DNA of 64,000 bases from Bacteroidales bacterium (GCA_963677975.1 OY782677.1:1665821-1729820); one strand, 5' to 3'. Counted from the first letter of the stretch, positions 35,540 through 45,693 are shown. Numbers and translations: made by a program. The notes: a model not told the origin generated them from the letters alone.

Positions 35540-36811
35540 ATGAAAAAAACTACGCTAATCCTGATTACTCTATTAACCACAACTAGTATGTTTGGACAGG
35601 ATATAACCGGTCAATGGAATGGAATTCTTCAAGTTCGGGAAACACAATTACGGATTGTATTTAATATCAGTAAAACAATTAGCGGATACAGTTCTACTAT
35701 GGACAGCCCCGACCAGGGAGCAAGCGGTATTCCTGTTACAACAACAAATTATGATGGTTCAGTTTTAAAACTGGCAATAGCAGCTGCAGGTATTGAATAC
35801 GAAGGCACTTTGAATGCTGATCATACAATAACAGGAATTTTCAAACAGTCAGGGAAAACCTTCCCCTTAACTTTGTCGGTGGAGAAACCCGAAACCGTTA
35901 AAACCGTTGGTATTTTAGCCGGTAATGACACAAATTTCATTGAAACCCAGGTCATACTGCAAACCGCCACCGGACAAATTTTCGGAACCCTTACGCTACC
36001 TAAAAAGTACACAAAAATGCCTGTGGCTCTTATCATTTCTGGTTCCGGTCCAACCGACCGCGATTGCAACAACCCTATGATGAAATGTGATGCCTACAAG
36101 AAACTCGCTTATGGTCTGGCAGAAAACAACATTGCTTCGCTGCGCTACGACAAACGTGGAATTGCCGGAAGCAAGGCAGCCGGCAAAAGCGAAGCTGATC
36201 TTCGCTTCGATGACTATGTTAATGATGCAATTGAATGGATAAAACTGCTGAAGCAGGATATGCGTTTTTCGGAAATCACAGTTATTGGGCACAGCGAAGG
36301 ATCGCTTATCGGGATGATAGCGGCAGGAAATGCCGACAAGTTCATTTCTATTGCTGGCGTTGGGCAAACAGCTGATAAAACTTTAAAAGAGCAACTGAGC
36401 GTCCAGCCTAAGGAAGTACAGGATATTGCTTTTCCTGTGATCGATAGTTTAGTAAAAGGGAAAACGGTTGCCAGTGTTGATCCGAAGCTTAATTCGCTTT
36501 TCAGGCCGAGTGTCCAGCCATATCTGATTTCTTGGTTTAAATATGATCCACAAACCGAAATACAAAAACTTGGTATCCCTTTGCTGATTGTTCAGGGCAC
36601 AAACGATATCCAGGTTGGTGTTGAAGATGCAAAACGACTTTCGAGGGCTAATCCCAATTCGAAACTGGTTTTGATATTAAACATGAATCATATCCTCCGC
36701 ACGGTTGTAGGTGACAGGCAGGCAAATATTGCCACTTACAGCAATCCTGCTCTGCCATTAGCCACCGGTTTGGTAGGCGATTTATCCGGTTTTATTCTTC
36801 AGGTGAAGTAA
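35540..36811 (+). CDS. secreted alpha/beta-hydrolase (serine hydrolase)
   Basis: Signal peptide MKKTTLILITLLTTTSMFG, nucleophile elbow GHSEGS, and a C-terminal ...VQGTNDIQV...NH region. Confidence 0.75.
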   Translation: MKKTTLILITLLTTTSMFGQDITGQWNGILQVRETQLRIVFNISKTISGYSSTMDSPDQGASGIPVTTTNYDGSVLKLAIAAAGIEYEGTLNADHTITGIFKQSGKTFPLTLSVEKPETVKTVGILAGNDTNFIETQVILQTATGQIFGTLTLPKKYTKMPVALIISGSGPTDRDCNNPMMKCDAYKKLAYGLAENNIASLRYDKRGIAGSKAAGKSEADLRFDDYVNDAIEWIKLLKQDMRFSEITVIGHSEGSLIGMIAAGNADKFISIAGVGQTADKTLKEQLSVQPKEVQDIAFPVIDSLVKGKTVASVDPKLNSLFRPSVQPYLISWFKYDPQTEIQKLGIPLLIVQGTNDIQVGVEDAKRLSRANPNSKLVLILNMNHILRTVVGDRQANIATYSNPALPLATGLVGDLSGFILQVK

Positions 36812-36832
36812 CTTCCATAAAATGAATAAAAA

Positions 36833-36866
36833 AAGAGGCTTCCCTGAACAGGAAAGCCTCTTTTCG
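36833..36866. terminator. bidirectional hairpin terminator between convergent genes
   Basis: aagaggcttcc-ctgaaca-ggaaagcctctt (1-nt bulge), flanked by an A-run and a T-run. Confidence 0.8.
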
Positions 36867-36885
36867 ATTTTATGCTTTTTCTGTA

Positions 36886-37323
36886 TTACGGCTGTTTTGC
36901 AACTACCGTACCTTTGATATAAAGTACAACCGGGTTTGGATCGGCATTGGTTGTAACGGTGATGTTTTTCATGAAAGCACCGGGAGCAGCAGCATTATAT
37001 GTAGCTGAGATGATGGTGAATTTTCCAGGAAGAACAGGCTCCTGTGAATATTTCAGGTTTGTGCAACCGCAACCAGCGCGGGCTGTCTGGATAAGCAATG
37101 GCTCTTTACCGGCATTGGTAAGTTTGAATTCAGCTTCTTTTGGAATGTTTTGTTCTATTTCGCCGAAATCAGCAGTAGTCCTGTCCCATTTTGCAACCGG
37201 GGCATTAGGATTAACAACCGGAGTTGCAGGAGCTGGATTGGTAGCCGGGGTGGTAGTAGTTTGTGCGATTGCCTGGCTTAAACCAAACACAAAAAGAATA
37301 GCAATAAAAAGTACGTTTTTCAT
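36886..37323 (-). CDS. DUF1573-domain secreted protein
   Basis: Signal peptide, a Thr/Pro-rich linker, then ...FGEIEQN...FKLTNAGKEPLLIQTARAGCGCTNLKYS..., characteristic of DUF1573. Confidence 0.7.
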   Translation of the reverse strand: MKNVLFIAILFVFGLSQAIAQTTTTPATNPAPATPVVNPNAPVAKWDRTTADFGEIEQNIPKEAEFKLTNAGKEPLLIQTARAGCGCTNLKYSQEPVLPGKFTIISATYNAAAPGAFMKNITVTTNADPNPVVLYIKGTVVAKQP

Positions 37324-37495
37324 AGTTTTCTGTTTATTTAGTTATTTAATGCAAAGGTGAGATGTTTATTAGCAGTTCCGGTTAATGAAATGTAAAACAA
37401 TCCAAACAAAGTGTAAAAAAATGTAAACGATATGTAAATGGCTGCCCCCTCACGGAAAATAGCGTAACTTTATCCTCCGAAATCATCAAATCACT

Positions 37496-38764
37496 ATGAA
37501 GTACAGGCATATCAGGTATGTTGTTTTATTAGGTGCTGTTGCCATTATCAGCATTATTTCCATGCAGGTGTATTTCATGAAAAAGGAATGGAGTAATAAG
37601 GAAAAACAATTTGCCCAAACCGTTACCATTTGCCTCCGAAATGTAGCATCGAAAATTTACAAATTCAACAATGCCACTCCTTCGACTCCCAACCCAGTGA
37701 GGCAGCTTTCGTCGAATTATTTTGTGGTGGATGTTAACAGCGAACTGGATGCCAACATTCTCGAACATTATCTTAAAACAGAGTTTACCAAATACAATAT
37801 CCAGACCGATTTTGAATACGGGATTTACAATTGTGAGACTGATGTTATGGAGTACGGCAATTATGTATTTAATAACGGAACGGTGAAAACCGGGGCAATA
37901 TCGGTCGATTTGCCAAAATACAGGGGGTACAATTACTATTTTGGGGTGAATTTCCCGCTGCTTAACAACACAATTGCCGGCGACATGACGATCTGGTTTT
38001 TCCTGGTCGGGATACTGGTGGTATCGGTTATTTTCTTTGCATATTCTATTTTTGTAATCCTTAAACAGAAGAAATTGTCGGAATTGCAGCGCGATTTCAT
38101 TAATAACATGACGCACGAGTTTAAGACTCCGATTGCCAGCATTAATATTGCCGCCGATGTAATTTCCAATCCGTTATCAATTGATGAACCCGCAAGGATT
38201 ATTACCTATGGTTCGGTTATCAAGCAGGAGGTTAACCGCCTTAACGATCAGGTTGATAAGGTATTACAGATTGCCCGTATCGAGAAAAGCGGCTTTCATC
38301 TTCGTATGGAGCTGTTGGATATAAATGCAATCATAGGGCAGGCGGTTGATAATTGCCTTGCCAACCATGCCGAAAAAGTTAAAATTTCCTGCGACCTGGC
38401 TCCCGATCCCGGCTCAGTTGCAGGTGATCGTATGCATCTTACCAATATTTTTTATAACCTGCTCGATAATGCAGTGAAGTATGCGGGTGATAATCCGGTA
38501 ATTAAAATAAAAACCATAAAAAAGGCTAAAAAGCTTTTAGTCTATGTCAGTGATAACGGGCCAGGTATCGGGCGCGCTCACCAGAAGCGGGTTTTTGAAA
38601 AATTTTACCGTATCCCTACTGCCAATGTGCACGATGTAAAAGGTTTCGGACTGGGCTTGTTCTATGTAAAAAGCATCTGCGAAGCCCATCGATGGAAAAT
38701 CAGCCTTGATCCTTCACCTGCCATTGGTACCACCTTTGTAATTGAAATAACGCCTAACCCTTGA
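37496..38764 (+). CDS. two-component sensor histidine kinase
   Basis: Two TM segments, H-box MTHEFKTPIASI, N-box LLDNAVKY, G1 DNGPGI, G2 GFGLGL. Confidence 0.9.
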   Translation: MKYRHIRYVVLLGAVAIISIISMQVYFMKKEWSNKEKQFAQTVTICLRNVASKIYKFNNATPSTPNPVRQLSSNYFVVDVNSELDANILEHYLKTEFTKYNIQTDFEYGIYNCETDVMEYGNYVFNNGTVKTGAISVDLPKYRGYNYYFGVNFPLLNNTIAGDMTIWFFLVGILVVSVIFFAYSIFVILKQKKLSELQRDFINNMTHEFKTPIASINIAADVISNPLSIDEPARIITYGSVIKQEVNRLNDQVDKVLQIARIEKSGFHLRMELLDINAIIGQAVDNCLANHAEKVKISCDLAPDPGSVAGDRMHLTNIFYNLLDNAVKYAGDNPVIKIKTIKKAKKLLVYVSDNGPGIGRAHQKRVFEKFYRIPTANVHDVKGFGLGLFYVKSICEAHRWKISLDPSPAIGTTFVIEITPNP

Positions 38765-38768
38765 AATA

Positions 38769-39464
38769 ATGACAAAAGCCCGGATTTTATACGTTGAAGA
38801 TGACCTTACGCTTTCGTTCCTGACCCGCGATAACCTCGAACGGGCCGGCTATACGATTGATTCGTGCGACGATGGCATTACAGCATATGAAAAAATATTA
38901 CAGGGGAATTACGATCTCTATATTCTCGATGTAATGCTTCCGAAAATTGATGGATACACACTGGCCCGCAAAATCAGGGAGAAAAACGAAGCTGTGCCAA
39001 TCCTTTTTCTTTCAGCCAAATCGACACTCGACGATAAAATATACGGGCTCCAGCTCGGTGCCGACGATTATATCACAAAACCGTTCAGTATCGAGGAACT
39101 TATCCTGAAGATTGAAGTCTTCCTCAAACGCAGCAGTATCGATTCGTCGCACCGTTCAAAGGAAACTACAACAAGCATAGGGAGTTTTACTTTTTCGTTA
39201 AGCGGGCTGCAACTTACCAACGGTCAGCTAACCCATTCCCTTACGCACCGGGAAGCCGAACTGCTCGCATTTCTTTCGTCGCACCGGGGTAGTATACTTA
39301 AGCGGGATGATATTTTGAACAAAGTGTGGGGAAACGATCATTTCTTTTCATCACGAAGCCTCGATGTATTTATTTCCCGCTTACGCAAACTGCTCCAGGC
39401 CGATCCATCGGTTAAGATTGAAAATATTCATAATATCGGATATAGATTGGTAGTTAATAATTGA
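38769..39464 (+). CDS. OmpR/PhoB-family response regulator
   Basis: Receiver domain (ILYVEDD...ILDVMLPKIDG...SAKS) plus a winged-helix output (REAELLAFL...VWG...SRSLDVFISRLRKLL...GYRL). Confidence 0.92.
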   Translation: MTKARILYVEDDLTLSFLTRDNLERAGYTIDSCDDGITAYEKILQGNYDLYILDVMLPKIDGYTLARKIREKNEAVPILFLSAKSTLDDKIYGLQLGADDYITKPFSIEELILKIEVFLKRSSIDSSHRSKETTTSIGSFTFSLSGLQLTNGQLTHSLTHREAELLAFLSSHRGSILKRDDILNKVWGNDHFFSSRSLDVFISRLRKLLQADPSVKIENIHNIGYRLVVNN

Positions 39465-39469
39465 TCTTG

Positions 39470-39540
39470 TTTCAGAGTTTCAGGGTTTAGCTTCGCTGAG
39501 CTCGCTTCGCTCGGTTGAGAGTTTCAGGGTTTCAGAAGTT
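39470..39540. repeat. duplicated AGAGTTTCAGGGTTT motif (39472-, 39516-) flanking gcttcgct-gagctc-gcttcgct
   Basis: Read directly. GTTTCAG units are the reverse complement of the CTGAAAC units at 19778-19809. Confidence 0.7.
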
Positions 39541-39580
39541 TAAATTCCAAATTCAAAAAAGCAAACTATCGATTTACCAT

Positions 39581-39702
39581 CAAATGACCACAAATGACTA
39601 CGAATGACCACAAATGACTATCGAATGACCACGAATGACCACGAATGACTGCAAATGACCACAAATGACTATCGAATGTCCATTGTATGACCATCGTATA
39701 AC
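39581..39702. repeat. about 12 tandem units of degenerate decamer CRAATGACYA
   Basis: caaatgacca caaatgacta cgaatgacca caaatgacta(t) cgaatgacca cgaatgacca cgaatgactg caaatgacca caaatgacta(t) cgaatgtcca ttgtatgacca tcgtataacca. It lies between convergent gene ends. Confidence 0.9.
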
Positions 39703-39713
39703 CACTCAAAAAC

Positions 39714-40676
39714 TCAACCTCCCGTCATCCTAATCATCTTCCCCTGCCAGGTATCCCTTAGCTCAAATTCCTTTTCAATTAAAACCTGAACTTCATCACT
39801 GCGCAAGCCACCCCAGATCGGACCAGCCTGGAATCGGGGAGGAGCCTCTCCCGTAAAACGCTCAATAACAAATGCCGGGTTAAGCCGTTCGGTGAAACGC
39901 ACAATAAAATCGATATATCTTTCCAGTGTGAACAAATTGAATTGAGATGGATCAGCCAGGTATTCCTGCAACATCAGGGTGTCTTTAATAATCTGCAGCT
40001 GGTGAAACTTTATTGTATCCAGGGGTAGTTGCGAAACAATTTCGGCTTCAGCAAGCATATCCTCTTCGGTTTCGCCCGGTAGCCCGAAAATCAGGTGGGC
40101 ACCTGTGTGTATTCCATAAGCAGAAGTTTTACGGATAGCTTCTGCCGATTCCTCCCAGGTATGCCCGCGGTTTATCTGCACCAGCGTTCGGTTATAGCAC
40201 GATTCGATGCCGTATTCAATAATTACATAATGTTTTTCGGCCAGCCTGGCAAAGTAATCCAGTCTGGCTTCATCGATACAGTCGGGGCGTGTTCCGATCA
40301 CCAGGCCTGCAACACCCGGGAATGCTAATGCTTCATCGTAAAGAGATTTTAAATGTTCCAGCGAACCATACGTGTTGGAATATGCCTGGAAGTATGCAAG
40401 GTAGTTTTTTGCCTTGCGATACCTCACCTGGTGGAATTCAATTCCCTCGGCGATTTGCTGGGTAATGCTCTTATGAGGCTGGCAATAGGAGGGATTGAAG
40501 GCATCGTTATTGCAATAGGTGCATCCGCCAACTCCTTTTGAACCATCGCGGTTCGGACAGGTAAAGCCGGCGTCGATGGTTACTTTCTGCACACGCGTGC
40601 CGAACTCCCTTTTGAAATATTCGGAGTAAGAATTGTAGCGGCGGTTATGTTGCCAGGGGAAGAGGTCTTCGGGCAT
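39714..40676 (-). CDS. TIGR01212-family radical SAM protein (YhcC-like)
   Basis: ...GFTCPNRDGSKGVGGCTYCNNDAF... cluster motif typical of this family. 320 aa. Confidence 0.82.
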   Translation of the reverse strand: MPEDLFPWQHNRRYNSYSEYFKREFGTRVQKVTIDAGFTCPNRDGSKGVGGCTYCNNDAFNPSYCQPHKSITQQIAEGIEFHQVRYRKAKNYLAYFQAYSNTYGSLEHLKSLYDEALAFPGVAGLVIGTRPDCIDEARLDYFARLAEKHYVIIEYGIESCYNRTLVQINRGHTWEESAEAIRKTSAYGIHTGAHLIFGLPGETEEDMLAEAEIVSQLPLDTIKFHQLQIIKDTLMLQEYLADPSQFNLFTLERYIDFIVRFTERLNPAFVIERFTGEAPPRFQAGPIWGGLRSDEVQVLIEKEFELRDTWQGKMIRMTGG

Positions 40677-40741
40677 AGTGCAAAAGTAAAGAAAAAGGCT
40701 GCCTGTTTCCGGGCAGCCTTCGTTTCTATTTGTGAAAAGCC

Positions 40742-42526
40742 TTATTTAGTAGCATTTTCCAGCTTTTTCATGATCGAGAAAATAAATATTGCCGATAGTA
40801 TGCAGCAAATTACAAAAATCGACCAGAGTTCCCAGAGATGTAACTTATCCCAGGCCCATGTGCCAACGAAAAGAAGTTTATTCCCCACTGCCGTAGCCAA
40901 TAACCAGCCTCCCTGCATTAATCCCTGGAAGCGAACAGGAGCAACTTTCGATACAAATGAAAGTCCCATAGGGCTGAGGCATAACTCGGCAACTGTAAGG
41001 ATAAGGTACGTGCTTACGAGCCAGTAAGGACTTACCCTCGACGAATCAGCAACAGGCTGACCAGCCAGGTCGAGTGGCGAAGGAAGGTTCAGCGAACTTA
41101 TAAGAACCAGGGTGAAACCTATAGCCGCTATAATCATACCGTAACCAATCTTTCGTGGGGTTGAAGGTTCCTTGTCCTTTTTATTCAGCCAGTTGAAAAA
41201 TCCCATAACCGGGAAAGTAAGTGCGACGATGAACAACGGGTTGAACGACTGGAATACTTCAGGTGAAATTGAGTTTGCGGCACTGCCTTTGCTGTAAAAA
41301 TAATATGATAAGGCTGCACCGGCTATTGTTAGAACAGCCCCGGCAATCTTCAGGTTTACTGAATTCTTTTTGCCAACCAGTAAGATCACACCGGCAATGG
41401 AACCAAGTACGGCCAAAATGGATTCGAGTCCAAAGAAGAGGTTTGTAAACGGATCAACTACTTTAAATGTATAATCCCGGGCGTACAAAGTTAAGGTAAG
41501 ACCATTCTGATGGAATGACATCCAGAAGAAAATGACCACAAGGAAAACAAGTAAAAGTGCCGAAATACGCGGGCGTTCTTCTTTGGTTGAAATCTGTACA
41601 ATCCAGCTTACGAAACCTATAAACAATCCAAATGCGAAGGCAAGGTCGATGCTGTTGGCAAGGAAGTAGATTGCGGTTCCAACAGCCAAAGCAATCCCTA
41701 TTGCGATAACCGCTTTCAACGAACCACCAGTATTGATTTGTGCAGAGGTTGCTGCAGTCTTTTCTTTATTAGGAAGTAACTTGTTGAAAATCAAATAAAC
41801 CACCAGAGAAATTACCAATGCAATAGCAGCAATTCCGAAAGCATAATTATAACCACGTGAGAAAACATCAATATAATTTTGTGCAAATGCCGATAGATCG
41901 GTAATAGGTCCGTTCAGGCTGACTTTATCAGCCAGAGTCTGTAATTCAGCAGTATCTTTCAGAGTGCCGTTGATCTGCTGATGGCATAATGCCGGTAAAC
42001 TTCCGTCGTGGAGATAACCGTTGGTTTTTAACCACCAGTCGCGAACACCTTTAGCTGCAAATGGTGCGAAAAAGGCTCCGACGTTGATTCCCATATAGAA
42101 AACCATAAAAGCCGAATCGCGCAGTTTATTGTATTTCGGGTCATCGTACATCTGGCCAACCACTGCCTGCAGGTTTCCTTTAAATAGACCGTTCCCCAGT
42201 GCAATGGTGAATAATCCGGCTATCGTGATTGCAAGAGGCAAGCCCGGTAAAGCCATAATGGCATAACCGGCAAACATAACGATCTGGCCGATAAGGATTA
42301 CAGTTTTGTATTTCTTGGTTGCGTCAGCCAACATACCTCCGGCGAGGGCCAGCGCATAAATGGCGAAATAGAACCAACTGTATATACTTCCGGCTTTTTC
42401 GGCCGAAAGGCCATATTTTGCCTGCAGGAATAGCACCAGGATAGCCATCATGGTGTAAAATCCGAAACGCTCGCCCATATTGGCAAAGAACGCTACAATA
42501 AGTCCCCGTGGATGTTGTTTGAACAT
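40742..42526 (-). CDS. POT/PTR2-family di-/tripeptide:proton symporter
   Basis: N-terminus MFKQHPRGLIVAFFANMGERFGFYTMMAILVLFL carries the ExxERFxYY-type motif. About 14 TM. 594 aa. Confidence 0.88.
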   Translation of the reverse strand: MFKQHPRGLIVAFFANMGERFGFYTMMAILVLFLQAKYGLSAEKAGSIYSWFYFAIYALALAGGMLADATKKYKTVILIGQIVMFAGYAIMALPGLPLAITIAGLFTIALGNGLFKGNLQAVVGQMYDDPKYNKLRDSAFMVFYMGINVGAFFAPFAAKGVRDWWLKTNGYLHDGSLPALCHQQINGTLKDTAELQTLADKVSLNGPITDLSAFAQNYIDVFSRGYNYAFGIAAIALVISLVVYLIFNKLLPNKEKTAATSAQINTGGSLKAVIAIGIALAVGTAIYFLANSIDLAFAFGLFIGFVSWIVQISTKEERPRISALLLVFLVVIFFWMSFHQNGLTLTLYARDYTFKVVDPFTNLFFGLESILAVLGSIAGVILLVGKKNSVNLKIAGAVLTIAGAALSYYFYSKGSAANSISPEVFQSFNPLFIVALTFPVMGFFNWLNKKDKEPSTPRKIGYGMIIAAIGFTLVLISSLNLPSPLDLAGQPVADSSRVSPYWLVSTYLILTVAELCLSPMGLSFVSKVAPVRFQGLMQGGWLLATAVGNKLLFVGTWAWDKLHLWELWSIFVICCILSAIFIFSIMKKLENATK

Positions 42527-42649
42527 AACTCTTAGTTTTGGTTTATATTTGGTTAAATTAGTTTCGGTTAAGGCAAAAATAAACTAATTTTTCAATTATA
42601 AGTGATCGAAAAATCAGCATTCGGAAAAGATTTTTGATAAACCGGATAA

Positions 42650-44752
42650 TCAGAATGAAAACCTGAGGATTGCTTTAATGTCCGATTTTTTATTCCCCGT
42701 TATTTCGTCAGGCCCGCTGCTGATTATATTCCTGTCGGAGTACCAGGTTCGTGCAAATCGTAAAATTAGTGAAAGGTCTTTATACAAATTTGTATTCAGC
42801 ATGATATAAAACCGACTGCCTTTTCCTGAGAAAGCCGGAACCGAAAATGAATATGGAACATCATTTTCGTATGCATACAAACGGGTATCATACGAGTCGG
42901 TATCAAACAGCAGATACCTGAAATTCAGCGTCCAGTTTTTCTCAAGCGGTTTCACCTGGAATCCCTGGTAAATAAGGTAGCCTCTTTCCCGATTTTTTTG
43001 AGGAGTTTCGCGCCTTGCAATCTCAATGCGGCTTTGAGTTTTAAGCCAGGGCAAAGCCTGGAAATTGAATTGCACCCTGAAATACATGCGTTCCGACTCC
43101 CCGAGCTGGTTTGTTTTTTCACTAATGAGACTATAATTCAGGGGATTGTTCATTTGCCTGAATCCTAAAATCAGATCCCCTCGTCGCGATATATTGTAGG
43201 TAACCTGAGCCGAATACTCCTGTCCGCCGGAAGGCGCGTCAACCCTGTAGTGAAGCCACTCATAACGGAAAATATCAGCATAAGCGCTAAGTGTAATTTG
43301 TTTGAACAGCGAAGCGACCAATCCCAGGTAAAGTCCTTCTTCGTTTGTATTTGAACTGCTTTCGCCAAATGCTGCACTGAAGCTGTTAAGGTAATTTTTG
43401 GGGTAATTACGGTAAACCATTGCAACAGCAAACCGAGGATCGGGACTGAACGAAAGCCCCTGCAGAAACGCGGTTCCTGCATCCAGTTGCCTGGAGACTT
43501 CACCATAGAGCGTGAGTGTCCGGTAGTTGTAGCTGTAATCCAGACCGGCATAGGTGTTTGAGTTAAGTACAGGCTGGAATTTTTTATACATTTCGATGCC
43601 GGCTTCGAACGGGATGGCATAATTTACATGGAAAATTGTTAGCCCTGCTCTCAGACGCTGCCCATTCCATGCAAGGTGGCCACCAAGCATAGTTTCGCGG
43701 TTTGCACCTTTATCGGCAAGTTCAGCCGGGGTGCGATGATATCCGGTTTGCTGCAGGGAAGTTACATAATCTTCATCGGTAGTTAACGAATCGGCCGCGA
43801 CAAGATTAGCATCCACTCTGCGGTTGGAGTAAAATGCCGTAAGATCAAATTTCCTTAAAGCCACTGTGGCTGCAATTCCCCTCAGGAATGAATACTCGTT
43901 CGACGAAGCATGCGGCCTCAATGCAGGAGCACGCCTCCTCATTATTATCGATCCGGCTGATTTTCCCGTTGCAAATCCTGACCAGATATTTAAACCCTGA
44001 CCGAACTGTACGTGGTAATCACCAATAGCCAGTTGTTTTACATTCCCTATGTTTTTCAGGAAAAAATGAACCGAATAGAAATCAAATCCCTTTTTCAGTG
44101 TATCAGATTTGGGCAGGAAGGGTTCGCCGGCATCCTTTTCGCCTGTGATGCCAAGTTTGAGGTAGTCCTTGTAAGAATATTGAATCCTGAAAAACAAGCC
44201 ATTCTGGTCGCCGAGATAATAGTCGTTGGGGCTGGCTTTCCGGACGGAATCATTTACATCTTTATATCCCTGCTGCTCCTGCAACACGCGCAGGTACCGG
44301 AGCATAACATCGGTCCCTCCATACTTTACAGCTCTTTTCAAGGAGAATTTTTCCGGCACATAAGGTGAAAGTGAAACAAAAGGTAGAATCTGTGAAATAA
44401 GTTTCTCATTAAACCCTTCGATCAGCTGAAGCTCGAAAATACTTGCCATGCTACCGTATTTCCTGGTGTATTCGAGCAGGTTGCTGATTTGCAGCTCATA
44501 CAGAAAAAAAAGTCGGCGCAGTTCATTTTCATCACCCGAATTCAGGTTCACAGGCCGCTGGCGTAGCAGGTTTATTTCTTCCGTCCAGTCGCTATAGTCC
44601 ATTTCAACTTCAGAGCGTTCGGCAAGGTTTTCGATCTGCTGTTCGATTTCTTCGGCACCGGTATATTTTGTTGTATCCGGGTCCTGGGCAACAGCTATTG
44701 TTGCTGCCAGCAGCAAGTATATCGAAATAAAGCTGAAACGGAGATGTAGCAT
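42650..44752 (-). CDS. ComEA-like helix-hairpin-helix domain fused to a large predicted outer-membrane beta-barrel
   Basis: Signal peptide. VNLNSGDENELRRL...LLEYTRKYGSMASIFELQLIEGFNEKLISQILPFVSL is a tandem HhH pattern. About 550 aa of alternating aromatic/Gly beta-strand-like sequence follow, ending ...AILRFSF. Confidence 0.55.
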   Translation of the reverse strand: MLHLRFSFISIYLLLAATIAVAQDPDTTKYTGAEEIEQQIENLAERSEVEMDYSDWTEEINLLRQRPVNLNSGDENELRRLFFLYELQISNLLEYTRKYGSMASIFELQLIEGFNEKLISQILPFVSLSPYVPEKFSLKRAVKYGGTDVMLRYLRVLQEQQGYKDVNDSVRKASPNDYYLGDQNGLFFRIQYSYKDYLKLGITGEKDAGEPFLPKSDTLKKGFDFYSVHFFLKNIGNVKQLAIGDYHVQFGQGLNIWSGFATGKSAGSIIMRRRAPALRPHASSNEYSFLRGIAATVALRKFDLTAFYSNRRVDANLVAADSLTTDEDYVTSLQQTGYHRTPAELADKGANRETMLGGHLAWNGQRLRAGLTIFHVNYAIPFEAGIEMYKKFQPVLNSNTYAGLDYSYNYRTLTLYGEVSRQLDAGTAFLQGLSFSPDPRFAVAMVYRNYPKNYLNSFSAAFGESSSNTNEEGLYLGLVASLFKQITLSAYADIFRYEWLHYRVDAPSGGQEYSAQVTYNISRRGDLILGFRQMNNPLNYSLISEKTNQLGESERMYFRVQFNFQALPWLKTQSRIEIARRETPQKNRERGYLIYQGFQVKPLEKNWTLNFRYLLFDTDSYDTRLYAYENDVPYSFSVPAFSGKGSRFYIMLNTNLYKDLSLILRFARTWYSDRNIISSGPDEITGNKKSDIKAILRFSF

Positions 44753-44776
44753 TCCGCTGTGAACTTAAATGGCTTA

Positions 44777-45589
44777 TTAAAATGCAAACTGTAACGAAGC
44801 CTGCGGCGAATAACCGAGTTCAGTATGGATTGACGAGGAAAGGTCGAGTGTAAGTTTTTTCATTTGTATACCAAACCCGAAAGTAATCCGGGCAGGGTTA
44901 GTGCTGATGCCGATACGCGCAAAAGCAATCTTGTTAAGTTTATATTCTGCCCCGGAGCGGAATTCCATTGGGAATTCGCTGTTTTTATACGCTTCGGCTG
45001 TAAGCAGAAGTTTATCGGAGAAAGTATATCCAAAACCTGCATTCAGAATTACAGGAATCCTTTCATTATTGTATTCTGATAGTTTAACATGCACAGGATT
45101 AAAAGTATGTACCCCGAATGTCAGTTCCTCAGTAAGTTTGATAATTATGCCGGCATCGAAAGTAACATTGCTGCGTTTGCCATATTCCTCCCCAAGAGCA
45201 GTTCCTATATAGTCAAGCTGAATTCCTGCAGCAAAGCGGGTTCCGATTTTCAACGCATAGGCAATTCCGGCCGTGGTCGTATTGTAACCAGCATCGCCCG
45301 AATAGCCGACTGAGGCTCCCAGCATGCCATACTTTGATTTATATGTAAACGCAGCTGTTTGGGTTGCAAGTTCATTGATCAGGAAGCGGTTTTCGTAATA
45401 AATACCTGCCGCACTTTTGTCGAAGAAAACCATACCGGCCTGGTTGTTATTTATGCTCCAGAAATCACATACAGCTGCTGATGTATAGCCCATCGAAGCT
45501 GAGTGTCCTCCCTGTGTGATCCATTCGCCTGTAGCGAGTGCGGATTTAAAAACCAGGAATAGTATAAAAAGTAGTAAGTTTGCTTTCAT
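44777..45589 (-). CDS. outer-membrane beta-barrel protein (PorQ/PorV/FadL-like N-terminal motif)
   Basis: Signal peptide, GGHSASMGYTSAAVCDFWSINNNQAGMVF motif, alternating strand pattern, C-terminal ...QASLQFAF. Confidence 0.5.
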   Translation of the reverse strand: MKANLLLFILFLVFKSALATGEWITQGGHSASMGYTSAAVCDFWSINNNQAGMVFFDKSAAGIYYENRFLINELATQTAAFTYKSKYGMLGASVGYSGDAGYNTTTAGIAYALKIGTRFAAGIQLDYIGTALGEEYGKRSNVTFDAGIIIKLTEELTFGVHTFNPVHVKLSEYNNERIPVILNAGFGYTFSDKLLLTAEAYKNSEFPMEFRSGAEYKLNKIAFARIGISTNPARITFGFGIQMKKLTLDLSSSIHTELGYSPQASLQFAF

Positions 45590-45693
45590 ACAAACTTATT
45601 TTGGCACTAATATAGTGAAAAATAGATTATTTCCGACAAATATTTCCTTTAAGCAAATGAAATTTTGAATGACTCCTAATCTGAGTTTCATAC

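Noticed and set aside
37529-38116. 195-aa minus-strand ORF
   Set aside because: It is antisense to the histidine kinase gene and has no supporting motifs or promoter context.
39581-39702. CRISPR array
   Set aside because: The period is only 10 nt, there are no unique spacers, and there are no cas genes nearby. It is a microsatellite-like tandem array.
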